64,000 nt of DNA from Candidatus Dadabacteria bacterium (GCA_963805855.1 CAWDVW010000007.1:64001-128000); one strand, 5' to 3'. Positions 45,797 to 56,624 are shown, numbered from the stretch's first letter. The notes: generated from the sequence alone by a model not told the origin. Numbers and translations: made by a program.

Positions 45797-46651
45797 TTAC
45801 CCTCTTGTCATTAACGATTCAATGATTCTTTCCAGATCATCAAGGGAATAGTATTCGATTTCGATTTTGCCCTTGCCATTCCTGTCAATGATTTTGATCT
45901 GAGTCCCCAATGCTCTCTTCAGTCGTTCTGTAACATTGCTAATAAAGGGGTCGGCGTATTTTTGCTTTTTATCAGATTCCCTCTCTTTGATTGAACCTTG
46001 TACAAGTTTTTCTGTCTGTCTCACCGAGAGTTTATTTCGTTTTATTAGCTCAAGAATCTCTAGTGCCTTGCTTTGTGATTCTATGCTCAGGATTGCCCTT
46101 GCGTGTCCTGCACTGATTTCCCTGTTTTTTATTGCCTGTTTTACCCGCTCAGGAAGCTTGAGGAGTCTAATTTGATTTGTTATTGTAGATCTATCCTTTC
46201 CTATTCTTTTTGAGATCTCATCGTGGGTTAATCCAAAATCTCCAATGAGTTGCTCGTACGCAATTGCCTCCTCTAGCGGGTTTAAATCCTCTCTTTGAAG
46301 ATTCTCAATTAACGCTAGTTCCAGGACCTCGCTTTCTGAAGCATCTTTTAGGATGATTGGTATCCTTTTGAGGCCAGCTTTTTGAGCTGCTCTCCAGCGT
46401 CGTTCACCTGCAATTATTTCATAGCTATCCCCAATTTTTCTTCCTACCAGTGGCTGTATGATTCCCTTTTCTTTGATTGATGATGCAAGCTCGTCGATAC
46501 CATCTTCGTCAAATTCTTTTCTCGGCTGGTAGGAGTTTGGTTTAATTCGATCGATATCGGCTAGAATATATCCTTTTGCCTCCTCATCGATTGGGATGAG
46601 TGCATCGAGTCCTCTACCCAAAGTGACTTTCTTCAACCTTTTCACCTCCAT
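45797..46651 (-). CDS. parB: Chromosome partitioning protein ParB/Spo0J
   Basis: LGRGLDALI, QPRKEF, IIAGERRWRA, ALIENLQREDLNPLEEA, GHARA. Confidence 0.95.
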   Translation of the reverse strand: MEVKRLKKVTLGRGLDALIPIDEEAKGYILADIDRIKPNSYQPRKEFDEDGIDELASSIKEKGIIQPLVGRKIGDSYEIIAGERRWRAAQKAGLKRIPIILKDASESEVLELALIENLQREDLNPLEEAIAYEQLIGDFGLTHDEISKRIGKDRSTITNQIRLLKLPERVKQAIKNREISAGHARAILSIESQSKALEILELIKRNKLSVRQTEKLVQGSIKERESDKKQKYADPFISNVTERLKRALGTQIKIIDRNGKGKIEIEYYSLDDLERIIESLMTRG

Positions 46652-47420
46652 GCCTTGCTATGATCTCTTGGGCGAGGTACATATAGCTCTCGGCTCCGAC
46701 GGATTTGCTATCATACAATAGAACAGGTTTCCCGTGGCTCGGTGATTCCGCAAGCCTGACATTCCTAGGAATTCTTGTCTGGAACACCAGATCTTTGAAG
46801 TAATCAATCACTTCATTTGCAACTACATGACATATTTTGTTTCTTGGATCGAACATTGTTAAAAGATAACCTTCAATTTCAAGATTCGGGTTTAGTCTCT
46901 GATTGATTAGTGAGATTGTTCTCTTAAGCTGTCCAAGTCCTTCCATAGCATAGTACTCGCACTGAACCGGTATGATGACAGAATTCGCAGCGGTAAGGGC
47001 GTTTACTGTTAGTAAACTAAGTGATGGCGGACTGTCAATAAATATGTAGTCGTATTCATTTACTATTGGTTCAATAATGTCTTTCAGTCTCCATTCACGT
47101 CTTTCAACGTATATTAGCTCAATCTCTGCTCCCGTAAGGGACGAATTTGAGGGTGCGACACTAAGGTAGCCTTTAAGGATGTCAGGTTCTAATTCCACTA
47201 TGGTTTCTCTGATGCTAACCTCACCAATTACGGCATTATAGATGCTTTTCTCAAGCTTATCCTTGTCGATACCGACACCGCTTGTAGCATTGCCCTGCGG
47301 GTCGAAATCAATAAATATGGATTTCTTGTGGGAGGCGGCAAGACAGGCTGAAAGATTTACAACTGTTGTTGTCTTCCCCACGCCACCCTTTTGATTTGCG
47401 ACACATATTATTTTCCCCAT
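46614..47420 (-). CDS. parA: Chromosome partitioning ATPase ParA/Soj
   Basis: NQKGGVGKTTT, DPQGNATSG, IDSPPSL, PVQCEYYAMEG, IPRNVRLAESPSHG. Confidence 0.95.
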   Translation of the reverse strand: MGKIICVANQKGGVGKTTTVVNLSACLAASHKKSIFIDFDPQGNATSGVGIDKDKLEKSIYNAVIGEVSIRETIVELEPDILKGYLSVAPSNSSLTGAEIELIYVERREWRLKDIIEPIVNEYDYIFIDSPPSLSLLTVNALTAANSVIIPVQCEYYAMEGLGQLKRTISLINQRLNPNLEIEGYLLTMFDPRNKICHVVANEVIDYFKDLVFQTRIPRNVRLAESPSHGKPVLLYDSKSVGAESYMYLAQEIIARHGGEKVEESHFG

Positions 47421-48360
47421 ATTGACGGTTTCCGTATGATCTAAAAACCCTTGTTGAAAACGTTATATAAAATTTCAGCAGTTGATCAATTTAAAATTAA
47501 GAATGCAATATTTCGACGTAAATCCGATATCCCACTCATTCTTGAAAACTACGCTCTGTCTGAACCTTACGAAAAAATATGACTACGATCAAGCAAATTA
47601 AATTTATTTTTAATATCATATTATCCATTCCTATCTTATTCTGCAATACTCGAACTGTGATGAATGTGATTATTTAAACGCTTTTTAATAGTTGGCGCAT
47701 TACTGTTGACGGGATGCGCGGCACCTCCCTCCCTAACATGGAAATTATAGTAATAGAAAAAAATCATTTGTATGCAGTTTCTGGGATTTTTGAAATTAGT
47801 CTCTTGGTTGTTTTGATCATAAGCTGAAGCCCGCTTTGATAATATTTGCAATAACTTTGGGTTGTTACGGTATGTTAAAATAGAGAAGTTAATTTAATTT
47901 AACTGAGAGCACGGTCGTAGCGTTATTTAAAAGAAATCTACCTTCCTCTAACCATGAGATTCAATAGACACTCATTGTCATAGTTGCGACGGTTTCTTCG
48001 ACACTAGAGTCTTTGAATGGCGAACGGTATTAAGTGTTTTGATCTAGCTTTTATTGAATTAAATATTAGTGTATCTTTTCTCCACGTTTTTCATCTCAGA
48101 TTCAAGTAAATTTAATAAAATTCGAGGAAAAGTAAAAGCGTGTTTTTTTTCAGGACAACGGTTAATTTGAAGCAGTATAGCATATTAGTCATTTGTCGCT
48201 CGGTACGCAGGATCGATTGTTGTCGGGCTGGAAAATCTCGCTAATGAATGTGGATAGTATAAAAAATAATGAGTTAATCTTCTCTAAGTGTAAGTGCTCG
48301 TTTTGAATGCGGCTTTTAATCATAAATTGCAGTATAGGAATAAGGGAATAGTTGATTAAT

Positions 48361-49890
48361 ATGTTGAAAAGTATTTCGGTAGCACTCTTTGTGTTCAATC
48401 TTATATTTTCTGGAGAGGCATATTCGGCTTCTGGATTTATGGACTCATATATGAATTCAACTACCTCTGGTGCTAAAGAGATCGCTGAAGCAGGGGACTT
48501 AAAACATGAGGAGGAAGTCGAATCAATAAATGAAGATGGTGTAACAGAGCCTGCCGATATCAAAAAACTGGGGGTCAAAGATTTTCTTCGCGATACCGCT
48601 ATCTCTTACGGATTAATGTGGGCAATGCGTTTTTTTTACGTCAGGAACAAGGACCAGAGAATCTTCAGTGCATCAGCCTCAGGCTGGTGGGATCACATAA
48701 CGGAAGCTCCTGTGGTAGATGACGGAGATGGGTTTCAAACAAATTATGTTACTCATCCTCTTATCGGTGCAGTGCAGTATCTTTACTATCGGGCAATGGG
48801 TTGGGGTTATTGGGGAGCATTTTTAGGGGCATTTGTTCAAAGCACGCTTTTCGAATATACGGTTGAGGGAACGGTAGAAAACCCTTCGCTCCCCGATCTA
48901 ATTTCCACACCTGTGATCGGAGCCCCCGTCGGATTTCTCGCTGAAACAATATCCGATTGGCTTATCACACGGGACAGCAGGGTGGCTAAATTCGCTGCGC
49001 ACGTCGTCAACCCGATGAGGAATTTTATCCATGACAGGAAGCTGGTACTGTTGAACCCCATTAATGGCAGCTTTGAATTCAGTGGTACATTTACGATGAC
49101 ACCCAACAAAGGTAAGGCCGTTGAACTATCATATCCTTATTTTTTTGAATCTCCCTTTCCGCTGGGACGATTTATGGGGCTGATCGAGGCCGTTAGCACG
49201 AAAGAGGTTTTGGGGGATGGGGAATTTATCTTTTACGACGTAAGGGCCGACTTTCCTTCTTCGACCGGCCTCTGGGGTCTGTATGTAAAAATCTCTCAGG
49301 CTGGTACAGACAATATAACTATCGAGGGGGAAAACATTAGTAATGGATTCGAATTTGCGAATATTCTGGCGGGTGGAAAATTCCTGATGTATAAGACTCA
49401 TAATTCGGTTTTGTCCGGTGGAATGGACATGATTTTACCCACAGCATACAAGGATAATATACAGCGGCTCGAAACGGTTACGCGTTATAGGAGGGATTTT
49501 CCTATTTATCTTAAAGATGCGTTTACCCTTTCACCATATATTGCTGCCGCTACATGGAAGAAGGGGTTCAGTGTACAAGCAAATCTGGGACTTGATCTCA
49601 TAACGAATGCAAGCAACCTGGAGGGAGAGGACGTCGAACTTAGGATTAAATATGGCGCCGCGGCCGGTTGGAATTTTAAGGTTCCAACCTCACCTTTATT
49701 GTTCGTTGAGTTTGATGGTTATACTATGCCGACTGCTACCAGTACAAAAAAGACGGACACATTCATTACTTCCGGTGTAAGGTTTGGGAAAAAATTCAGT
49801 CCGGGAATAGGAGTACAATTTCCAGTGTCGGGTTCGACTTCCGATATAGCCGATGCGAGTTTTATTGCCGATGTTCAATTGAGGTTTTGA
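48361..49890 (+). CDS. Putative outer-membrane protein with DUF3943-like N-terminal region
   Basis: Signal peptide; DGDGFQTNYVTHP...YLYYR...STLFEYTVE...PSLPDL; amphipathic beta-rich C-half ending in terminal Phe (VQLRF). Confidence 0.65.
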   Translation: MLKSISVALFVFNLIFSGEAYSASGFMDSYMNSTTSGAKEIAEAGDLKHEEEVESINEDGVTEPADIKKLGVKDFLRDTAISYGLMWAMRFFYVRNKDQRIFSASASGWWDHITEAPVVDDGDGFQTNYVTHPLIGAVQYLYYRAMGWGYWGAFLGAFVQSTLFEYTVEGTVENPSLPDLISTPVIGAPVGFLAETISDWLITRDSRVAKFAAHVVNPMRNFIHDRKLVLLNPINGSFEFSGTFTMTPNKGKAVELSYPYFFESPFPLGRFMGLIEAVSTKEVLGDGEFIFYDVRADFPSSTGLWGLYVKISQAGTDNITIEGENISNGFEFANILAGGKFLMYKTHNSVLSGGMDMILPTAYKDNIQRLETVTRYRRDFPIYLKDAFTLSPYIAAATWKKGFSVQANLGLDLITNASNLEGEDVELRIKYGAAAGWNFKVPTSPLLFVEFDGYTMPTATSTKKTDTFITSGVRFGKKFSPGIGVQFPVSGSTSDIADASFIADVQLRF

Positions 49891-50012
49891 TCTAGCGAGG
49901 TGTAACTGGTGCAGCGCGCGCGGATATAGTGCTGATTGGGTTCAATGGCTCCTGCCTGTTAAAGTAAATTTAAGAATTATCCTAACTTTGCTTTCCCTTT
50001 GGTTATAAAGAT

Positions 50013-50300
50013 CTATTTAGACAGTTTTTTTTCAAATTTGTCTATTGGTATTGCAGCGAGCGTCATTATCTTTACCGTACCCCGTGAACCTAGTTCAATA
50101 GAGACCCTTGAAATGGTCTCGTTGTTTGCTGCCTCTACTATATTTACGAAGTCGTAAGGTCCAAGAACAGCATATTGTTCCAATACCTTTACTCCCATCT
50201 TTTCAATTTCCTTATTTACCTCTTTAATCCTTTCGGGTCTCATCTTGATAGTTTTTCTTCCTTCATCTGTCAGTGTGCTGAGCATTATATATTTCCCCAA
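50013..50300 (-). CDS. GYD-domain protein
   Basis: Y..L...TDEG...YAVLGPYDFVNIVEA. Confidence 0.82.
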   Translation of the reverse strand: MGKYIMLSTLTDEGRKTIKMRPERIKEVNKEIEKMGVKVLEQYAVLGPYDFVNIVEAANNETISRVSIELGSRGTVKIMTLAAIPIDKFEKKLSK

Positions 50301-50557
50301 CGCTTTTATCCTCCTCGATGAATGGTTTCAAATATGAGTTGTTTATTTTGTTCTAAAGGTAACTTAAGAAATTGTCGTACACAAATTGCGATGAGAAGTT
50401 TTGTCGGATGTCAATCTTGGTTATATTGGGGTGGTACTAAAAGGGGGGCCATTATCTATCACTCTAGAATGCGATCTCATACGTTTGACATTTTAGGTTT
50501 TAAGGTATATTTTAACGTCCCATAATCAAGGGAAATAACCAAAAAAAGGAGGTAAGA

Positions 50558-50941
50558 TTGAAGGCCCTAGGGAGGCATTTTTTGGTAGAATACCATAGGT
50601 GTGACCCTGAAGTATTAAACCACAAGGAAAAGATAGAAGGAATTATGATAGAAGCTGCGAATATTTGTGGTGCGACTGTGCTGGAGAGTTCATTTCACAA
50701 CTACGCTCCTCAGGGCGTTAGTGGTATAATTGTCATTGCCGAGTCTCATATCGCGATTCACACATGGCCAGAATTCCATTACGCTGCCGTAGATATATTC
50801 ACTTGTGGTACTAAGGTTGATCCCTGGAAGGCATATCATCACATAAAGGTTTGCTTAGACTCCAGGGAGACTAGCATCCGTGAAATTGAAAGAGGTGAAT
50901 TTACCCAGCTTGAAAGCAGGGTGGTTCACGGGTCTATATAG
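50558..50941 (+). CDS. speD: Pyruvoyl-dependent S-adenosylmethionine decarboxylase proenzyme (class 1b family)
   Basis: LGRHF, PQGVSG, IAE|SHIAIHTWPE, AVDIFTCG; SD aggaggt. Confidence 0.85.
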   Translation: MKALGRHFLVEYHRCDPEVLNHKEKIEGIMIEAANICGATVLESSFHNYAPQGVSGIIVIAESHIAIHTWPEFHYAAVDIFTCGTKVDPWKAYHHIKVCLDSRETSIREIERGEFTQLESRVVHGSI

Positions 50942-51167
50942 ATATGGATGATTGGTTGTGTGTCAAACGTAATTTCATAAATTTGCCAGAAAATCCTGAT
51001 TTTCTAGCAGATGACCATTTGATTAATTTAAGGGTCTCACAAATGGAATTGGTATCTATCGCACTTTTGATGCTGAAGGGTGTGGTCTATCCAAGACTCA
51101 AGAACTACTCGATAATTTATGACGCCTCTTGATAATTCAGGGTTCACTTTTACCCTACAATTAACTA

Positions 51168-51497
51168 TTAAAGAGCCTTATTTATTAATCTTTCAATTTC
51201 GGTCTTTGGGACTGCGCCGATTACCTGCTCAAAGACCTGCCCATTTTTAAAAATTATGATGGTTGGAATGCTTCTGATTCCGTACTTCATTGTGGTTTCA
51301 TGATTTTCGTCCACATTAAGCTTGCCAACTTTGATTCGACCTGAATATGAACTCGAAATCTCTTCGACTACAGGAGCTAAAATTCTGCAGGGACCGCACC
51401 ATGGAGCCCAGAAGTCTACCAGAACCGGGATGTCGCTTTTTAGTACTTCACTGTCAAAGAGTGTATCGTTTAACTGTAAGATTCCGTCACTTGCCAT
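51168..51497 (-). CDS. trxA: Thioredoxin
   Basis: VDFWAPWCGPC, KLNVD, IRSIPT. Confidence 0.96.
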   Translation of the reverse strand: MASDGILQLNDTLFDSEVLKSDIPVLVDFWAPWCGPCRILAPVVEEISSSYSGRIKVGKLNVDENHETTMKYGIRSIPTIIIFKNGQVFEQVIGAVPKTEIERLINKAL

Positions 51498-51641
51498 ATT
51501 ATCCTCTCCTTAAGGTTCGATGATTTGTTTATTATTATATCTGACGTCGCATTTACCAATCAAGTAATGGTATTAGATTACACTAGTAAGGGAATAGAAT
51601 TTATTAGATATTAGTCTTTAAGAATGAAGTTCAATCTTCTC

Positions 51642-51690
51642 TTGACATTGTTTTTATAGTCATTAACCTCATAAGTAAGTAATTACTTAC
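51642..51690 (+). promoter_or_regulatory. Promoter plus palindromic TetR operator
   Basis: TTGACA-16 bp-TAACCT followed by a perfect 16-bp palindrome GTAAGTAATTACTTAC (51675-51690). Confidence 0.7.
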
Positions 51691-51710
51691 AATAGGGGGG
51701 AGAGATCACA

Positions 51711-52316
51711 ATGTCGACGTTGACGGCTAGAGCGGTTGCGAAGGAGAAAATTTTAGAGAGTGCGGTGAAACTTTTTGCTGACAAGGGTTTTAGCGGTACT
51801 ACTACTAAGGAGATAGCCGAGAAATCGGGTGTGAATGAAGCCCTTATCTTCAGATACTTCTCTACAAAACGAGATCTTTATGGTTCTATTATAGAAAAGA
51901 AGATCAATGAAGAACCTGGGATTGAAAAGCCTCTTCAAAATTATGGGGCTGCAAAAGACGATTGGTCAATATTCAGGTCAATCGCTTTGCGGATGTTTGA
52001 CAAGTGTGGGAGAGACCCCGACTTTATAAGATTATTACATTACAGTGCACTGGAGGGACATGAATTATCGGATATGTTTTTTGATACATATGTAGAATAC
52101 ATCAATACGCTGCTTTCGGAGTATATAAAGGATCGAATATCAGATGGAGCGTTTAAAAAGATTAATCCACTGGTTGCCGCGCGGGCTTTTATAGGTATGG
52201 TAATAAATTACATAATTGTTCAGGAGCTCTTCAGGGAAAAAAGAAAGGGAAACCTTAAACGGGAAGACATAGTGGAATCATTTGTCACAATTTTTCTTGA
52301 AGGTATGAATATATAA
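51711..52316 (+). CDS. TetR/AcrR-family transcriptional regulator
   Basis: ILESAVKLFADKGFSGTTTKEIAEKSGVNEALIFRYFSTK. Confidence 0.93.
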   Translation: MSTLTARAVAKEKILESAVKLFADKGFSGTTTKEIAEKSGVNEALIFRYFSTKRDLYGSIIEKKINEEPGIEKPLQNYGAAKDDWSIFRSIALRMFDKCGRDPDFIRLLHYSALEGHELSDMFFDTYVEYINTLLSEYIKDRISDGAFKKINPLVAARAFIGMVINYIIVQELFREKRKGNLKREDIVESFVTIFLEGMNI

Positions 52317-52338
52317 ATTCTATTAATAAAAAGTAAGT

Positions 52339-53451
52339 ATGTTCAAGAGACTGAATATGAAACTAAAGAAATTAAATTTGCTCTCCTTGTTATTAGGTGC
52401 CGCATTGATGATTGAGGCAATCAATTCTCATGCCCAGGCGCCACCGCCTGCACCTGTGGTAGTATCCGAAGTTAAACAACAGACTCTTCAAAAGCCTGTA
52501 ACACTCGTAGGTGCGGTTGAACCACTCAGGAGGAGCACGATAGCAAGCGAAATAGCAGGTCTCGTTGAAGATTTTCCCGTAGAAGAGGGTAACGTTGTTA
52601 AAAAGGGTGATCTATTGGCCAAGTTGCGTACAAAATCGCTTGAGATTGATCTCCGCGAGGCAAGGGCTCAAAAGGCGGAGGCCGAAGCCCGTTACCGCCT
52701 TGCGAAGAAAAACCTGGAACGTTTTCAAGAACTCTATAAGAAGGGGGTCGCATCTTTACAGCAGCTCCAGGACACGGAGGCTGAGAAGGATGCTATGTTA
52801 GCACGAGTATCTCAGCTTGAAGCCCAAATAGATAGTCACGCTTATGACCTCGCCAGATCCAAAATAGTTGCGCCGTTTGATGGATATGTGACCGCTGAAC
52901 ATACAGAAGTGGGTCAATGGATCGAAGTTGGAGGGCCCGTGGTTGAGCTGATAGATATAATTAGAGCTGAAGTTGATGTGGATGTGCCGGAACGTTATAT
53001 AAGTCAGATTAGGTTGGGTGACATTGCGGTTATTAATTTTGATGCATTGCCCAAGTTGTCGATTGAGGGGGAAATCGCATCTATAGTTCCCCAGGCTGAT
53101 AGGAAATCGCGAACCTTTCCCATTAAAATCGTGGTTGATAACAACGATGGTTTGATAAAAAGCGGTATGGTTGCCAGGGTGTCATTTTTGATCGGTGAAC
53201 CATCTCTCGTTAAGCTCGTTCCCAAAGATGCAATTGTTGAGCAAAATCGGAGCAACTTTGTTTATGTTGTAAATGATGGAGCTGCTGTCCCAGTGCAGGT
53301 CAATACGGGTATTGCATATAAGGATCTGATACAGATAACGGGACCCGTAGAAACGGGACAACTCGTCGTCACAAGGGGTAATGAAAGGCTTAGACCAAAT
53401 CAGCCAGTCAAAATTGTCGACAAAGATGGTATCCCGGAAGGAACGCAATGA
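52339..53451 (+). CDS. RND efflux periplasmic adaptor (MFP)
   Basis: IASEIAGLV...VEEGNVVKKGDLL, coiled hairpin, IVAPFDG, VPKDAIV. Confidence 0.92.
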   Translation: MFKRLNMKLKKLNLLSLLLGAALMIEAINSHAQAPPPAPVVVSEVKQQTLQKPVTLVGAVEPLRRSTIASEIAGLVEDFPVEEGNVVKKGDLLAKLRTKSLEIDLREARAQKAEAEARYRLAKKNLERFQELYKKGVASLQQLQDTEAEKDAMLARVSQLEAQIDSHAYDLARSKIVAPFDGYVTAEHTEVGQWIEVGGPVVELIDIIRAEVDVDVPERYISQIRLGDIAVINFDALPKLSIEGEIASIVPQADRKSRTFPIKIVVDNNDGLIKSGMVARVSFLIGEPSLVKLVPKDAIVEQNRSNFVYVVNDGAAVPVQVNTGIAYKDLIQITGPVETGQLVVTRGNERLRPNQPVKIVDKDGIPEGTQ

Positions 53452-56400
53452 AGCTAGTTGACACATCAATTAAAAAACCAGTGAGCGTTGCAGTAGGCGT
53501 GATTTTCATAATTCTGTTTGGATTTATTTCCCTTTTTAAAATCCCGGTACAGCTAACACCCGATGTAGAAAAGCCAAGAATCACAGTTGATACAAGATGG
53601 GAAGGAGCCAGTCCCCAGGAGGTGGAAACAGAGATTGTTCGTAGACAGGAAGACGAGCTAAAAACGGTCGAAGGCCTGGTGGAGATGACCAGCGAGAGTT
53701 CTGATGGAAGTGGGACAGTTGTTCTTGAGTTTCTTATAGGTACTGATATAGACGCTGCACTTGTTGATGTATCGAATAAGCTCAATCAGGTGAGAGAGTT
53801 TCCCGAGGATGCTGACAGGCCTGTTATCAGCAGTGTGGATGTACGCGGAAGTGCAATGGCGTGGTTTATATTAAAACCGGTAGCGGGCAATGATGTTGAC
53901 ATAAATACATTCCATGATTTTGCAGACGATTTTATAAAGCCCAGGTTTGAACGTGTACCCGGCGTGGGTTCGTCAAATGTATTCGGGGGGCGGGAGCGTG
54001 AGATGCAGGTTATCGTTGATCCTGATGCACTGGCTGCAAGGGACATCACATTACTGGAGATGGCACAGGCAATTGATAAGGAGAATGATAACTATAGTGC
54101 TGGTGATTTCGATGAAGGAAAACGAAGGTATATCGTACGGACAATCGGCGAATATGAATCTCCTGAGGATATCGAGGACGTTATTATAACTCGCAGGAAC
54201 GGCGCACCTGTTTATGTTCGAGATGTGGCAAAAGTAAAGCTTGGATACAAGGATCCAGAGTTTGCTGTCCGACAAAACGGCGAGCCGGCAATAGCAATAA
54301 ATGCTGTCAAAGAAAGCGGGGCTAATGCAATTGAGGTTATGGATGGGCTTCGTCAGTCGATGAATGAGTTAAACAAAGGGCTCCTAAAAGAAAAGAAATT
54401 AGTACTTTTTAACGTGTATGATGAAACAAATTATATCAGGAGTGCGATCAATCTTGTCAAACAAAATCTCATAATTGGCGGTTTTCTGGCAATTGCTGTC
54501 CTGTTGTTCTTCCTAAGGAGCGGAAGCAGTACGCTCATAATAGCCACAGCCATTCCTATAAGCGTCATTGGCACCTTTGTTGTTATGGCTTTTCTGGGCA
54601 GGACAATAAATGTGATTAGCCTTGCCGGTATGAGTTTTGCGGTGGGGATGGTAGTCGATAATGCGATTGTGGTCTTAGAGAATATCTATCGTCATATGCA
54701 GATGGGAAAATCGCGTATCAAGGCATCGTACGATGGAACGGTGGAGGTGTGGGGAGCTGTGCTTGCAAGCACCCTCACCACTGCGGCAGTTTTTTTACCG
54801 GTCATTTTTATTAAGGAACAGGCTGGTCAACTATTTCGAGATATAGCGATAGCAATTAGCGTGTCGGTTATTCTGAGTCTTATTGTATCTATTACCGTGA
54901 TCCCAGCCGCATCCGCTAAGATCCTGAGTATAGCAAAAGAAACAAAAAGGGCGGCGTTTAGTAATCTTTGGGGTTTTGCACGCATAGGACACGATATTTC
55001 AGAGGGAATTGCAAGCCTTGTTCGAAGAATTATTGGAGACTCCAAAACACGTATTCTCGTTGTTTGTGCTTTTACTATCGGTTCGCTTCTTCTTAGCTGG
55101 CTAATGATGCCAAAAGCCGAGTACCTACCAGAGGGAAACCGTAATCTTTTGTTTGGTATCCTTCTACCCCCTCCTGGGTATAATATCGGTGAATTCACAG
55201 AAATTGGACAACGAATAGAAAGTGACTTAAAACCATATTGGGAGGCGGATGTTAATTCTCCGGAAGCGGAGAATCTGGACGGTCCTCCTATCGAACACTT
55301 CTTCTATGTGGCAAGGGGCCGTCAGGTGTTCATGGGGGCACGCGCTAAGGAACCGGATAAGGTGAAAGGCCTCATTCCGGTAATGCAGAAAACCCTGAGT
55401 AAAATTCCCGGTATGATAGCTATCGTCAGTCAATCCAGCATTTTTCAGAGGGGAATCGGTGAAGGACGCTCAATCAATATTCAACTCACTGGTCCTGAAC
55501 TGGAAAAACTTATTGGTCTCGGTCAGAACATCTTTTTCAGTGCGATTCAGAAAATTCCGGGCTCACAGGTACGGCCTATTCCGAGTCTCGATCTGGGCAA
55601 CCCGGAGGTCCAGGTCGTGACAGATCGTGTCAGGGCATCTGATGTAGGGGTCACAAATGAGGGACTCGGTTTTATGGTTAATGCCCTTGTTGATGGGGCG
55701 AAGGTAAGTGACTATCAAATCGCGGGTGACGAAATTGATCTTGTGCTTCGTGGTGAGGATAAGTATTCAAATCGAACACACCAGATTGAGGATCTTATGG
55801 TTAATACCGATAGTGGTAAGATGATCAATGTAGGTTCGGTCGCCGATGTAGTTGTTACCACGGGCCCCGAGCAAATCAATCATTATGAGCGTCAGAGGAC
55901 GATCGCAATTCAGGTAATACCACCTGAGAAAATGCCCCTCGAAAGTGCTATAGACACTATCAATAGTGAAATTCTGGGCCCGCTTCGCAGCAGTGGCGAA
56001 CTCGGGGGATCTTATAGTGCAGTCCTAACCGGCACGGCTGATGATTTAACGGTTACGCGAAAAGCCCTTCAGTGGAATTTTCTCCTTGCAGCTGTAATTG
56101 CTTATCTTCTGATGTCTTCGCTTTTTGAGAGTTTCCTCTATCCCTTTGTAATCATGTTCAGTGTTCCGCTTGCATCGTTTGGTGGATTTCTAGGACTATT
56201 ACTATTAAATATTTTTACCTATCAACCACTTGATATTCTTACGATGCTGGGCTTTATCATACTTATTGGGATAGTTGTAAATAATGCCATACTCATTGTT
56301 CATCAAGCGCTAAACCACATACGCGACGAAGGCTACGAAACCAGTGATGCGATAGTTGAATCCGTGAAAACACGTATTAGACCAATATTCATGAGCACAA

Positions 56401-56624
56401 TGACCAGTGTTTTCGGAATGCTTCCCCTAGTAATTTCCCCTGGATCCGGCTCCGAATTCTATAGGGGCCTGGGTAGTGTGGTAGTAGGTGGACTCACGGT
56501 TTCAACAATATTTACGCTATTTCTGGTTCCGTCGGTTTTCAGCATTGTGATGGATGTAAAAGAAAATCTTTCAAAGAGGTTTGGAAAAGTTAAGGAATCT
56601 ATAGGCTTACTCCCTACAAAGTAG
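53448..56624 (+). CDS. RND efflux permease (AcrB/AcrD/AcrF family)
   Basis: GASPQEVE, VGMVVDNAIVVLENI, GIVVNNAIL, RIRPIFMS, STIFTLFLVP; 1058 aa. Confidence 0.95.
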   Translation: MKLVDTSIKKPVSVAVGVIFIILFGFISLFKIPVQLTPDVEKPRITVDTRWEGASPQEVETEIVRRQEDELKTVEGLVEMTSESSDGSGTVVLEFLIGTDIDAALVDVSNKLNQVREFPEDADRPVISSVDVRGSAMAWFILKPVAGNDVDINTFHDFADDFIKPRFERVPGVGSSNVFGGREREMQVIVDPDALAARDITLLEMAQAIDKENDNYSAGDFDEGKRRYIVRTIGEYESPEDIEDVIITRRNGAPVYVRDVAKVKLGYKDPEFAVRQNGEPAIAINAVKESGANAIEVMDGLRQSMNELNKGLLKEKKLVLFNVYDETNYIRSAINLVKQNLIIGGFLAIAVLLFFLRSGSSTLIIATAIPISVIGTFVVMAFLGRTINVISLAGMSFAVGMVVDNAIVVLENIYRHMQMGKSRIKASYDGTVEVWGAVLASTLTTAAVFLPVIFIKEQAGQLFRDIAIAISVSVILSLIVSITVIPAASAKILSIAKETKRAAFSNLWGFARIGHDISEGIASLVRRIIGDSKTRILVVCAFTIGSLLLSWLMMPKAEYLPEGNRNLLFGILLPPPGYNIGEFTEIGQRIESDLKPYWEADVNSPEAENLDGPPIEHFFYVARGRQVFMGARAKEPDKVKGLIPVMQKTLSKIPGMIAIVSQSSIFQRGIGEGRSINIQLTGPELEKLIGLGQNIFFSAIQKIPGSQVRPIPSLDLGNPEVQVVTDRVRASDVGVTNEGLGFMVNALVDGAKVSDYQIAGDEIDLVLRGEDKYSNRTHQIEDLMVNTDSGKMINVGSVADVVVTTGPEQINHYERQRTIAIQVIPPEKMPLESAIDTINSEILGPLRSSGELGGSYSAVLTGTADDLTVTRKALQWNFLLAAVIAYLLMSSLFESFLYPFVIMFSVPLASFGGFLGLLLLNIFTYQPLDILTMLGFIILIGIVVNNAILIVHQALNHIRDEGYETSDAIVESVKTRIRPIFMSTMTSVFGMLPLVISPGSGSEFYRGLGSVVVGGLTVSTIFTLFLVPSVFSIVMDVKENLSKRFGKVKESIGLLPTK

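Noticed and set aside
50944-51132. 62-aa ORF right after speD
   Set aside because: No recognisable motif or clear RBS; cannot be supported
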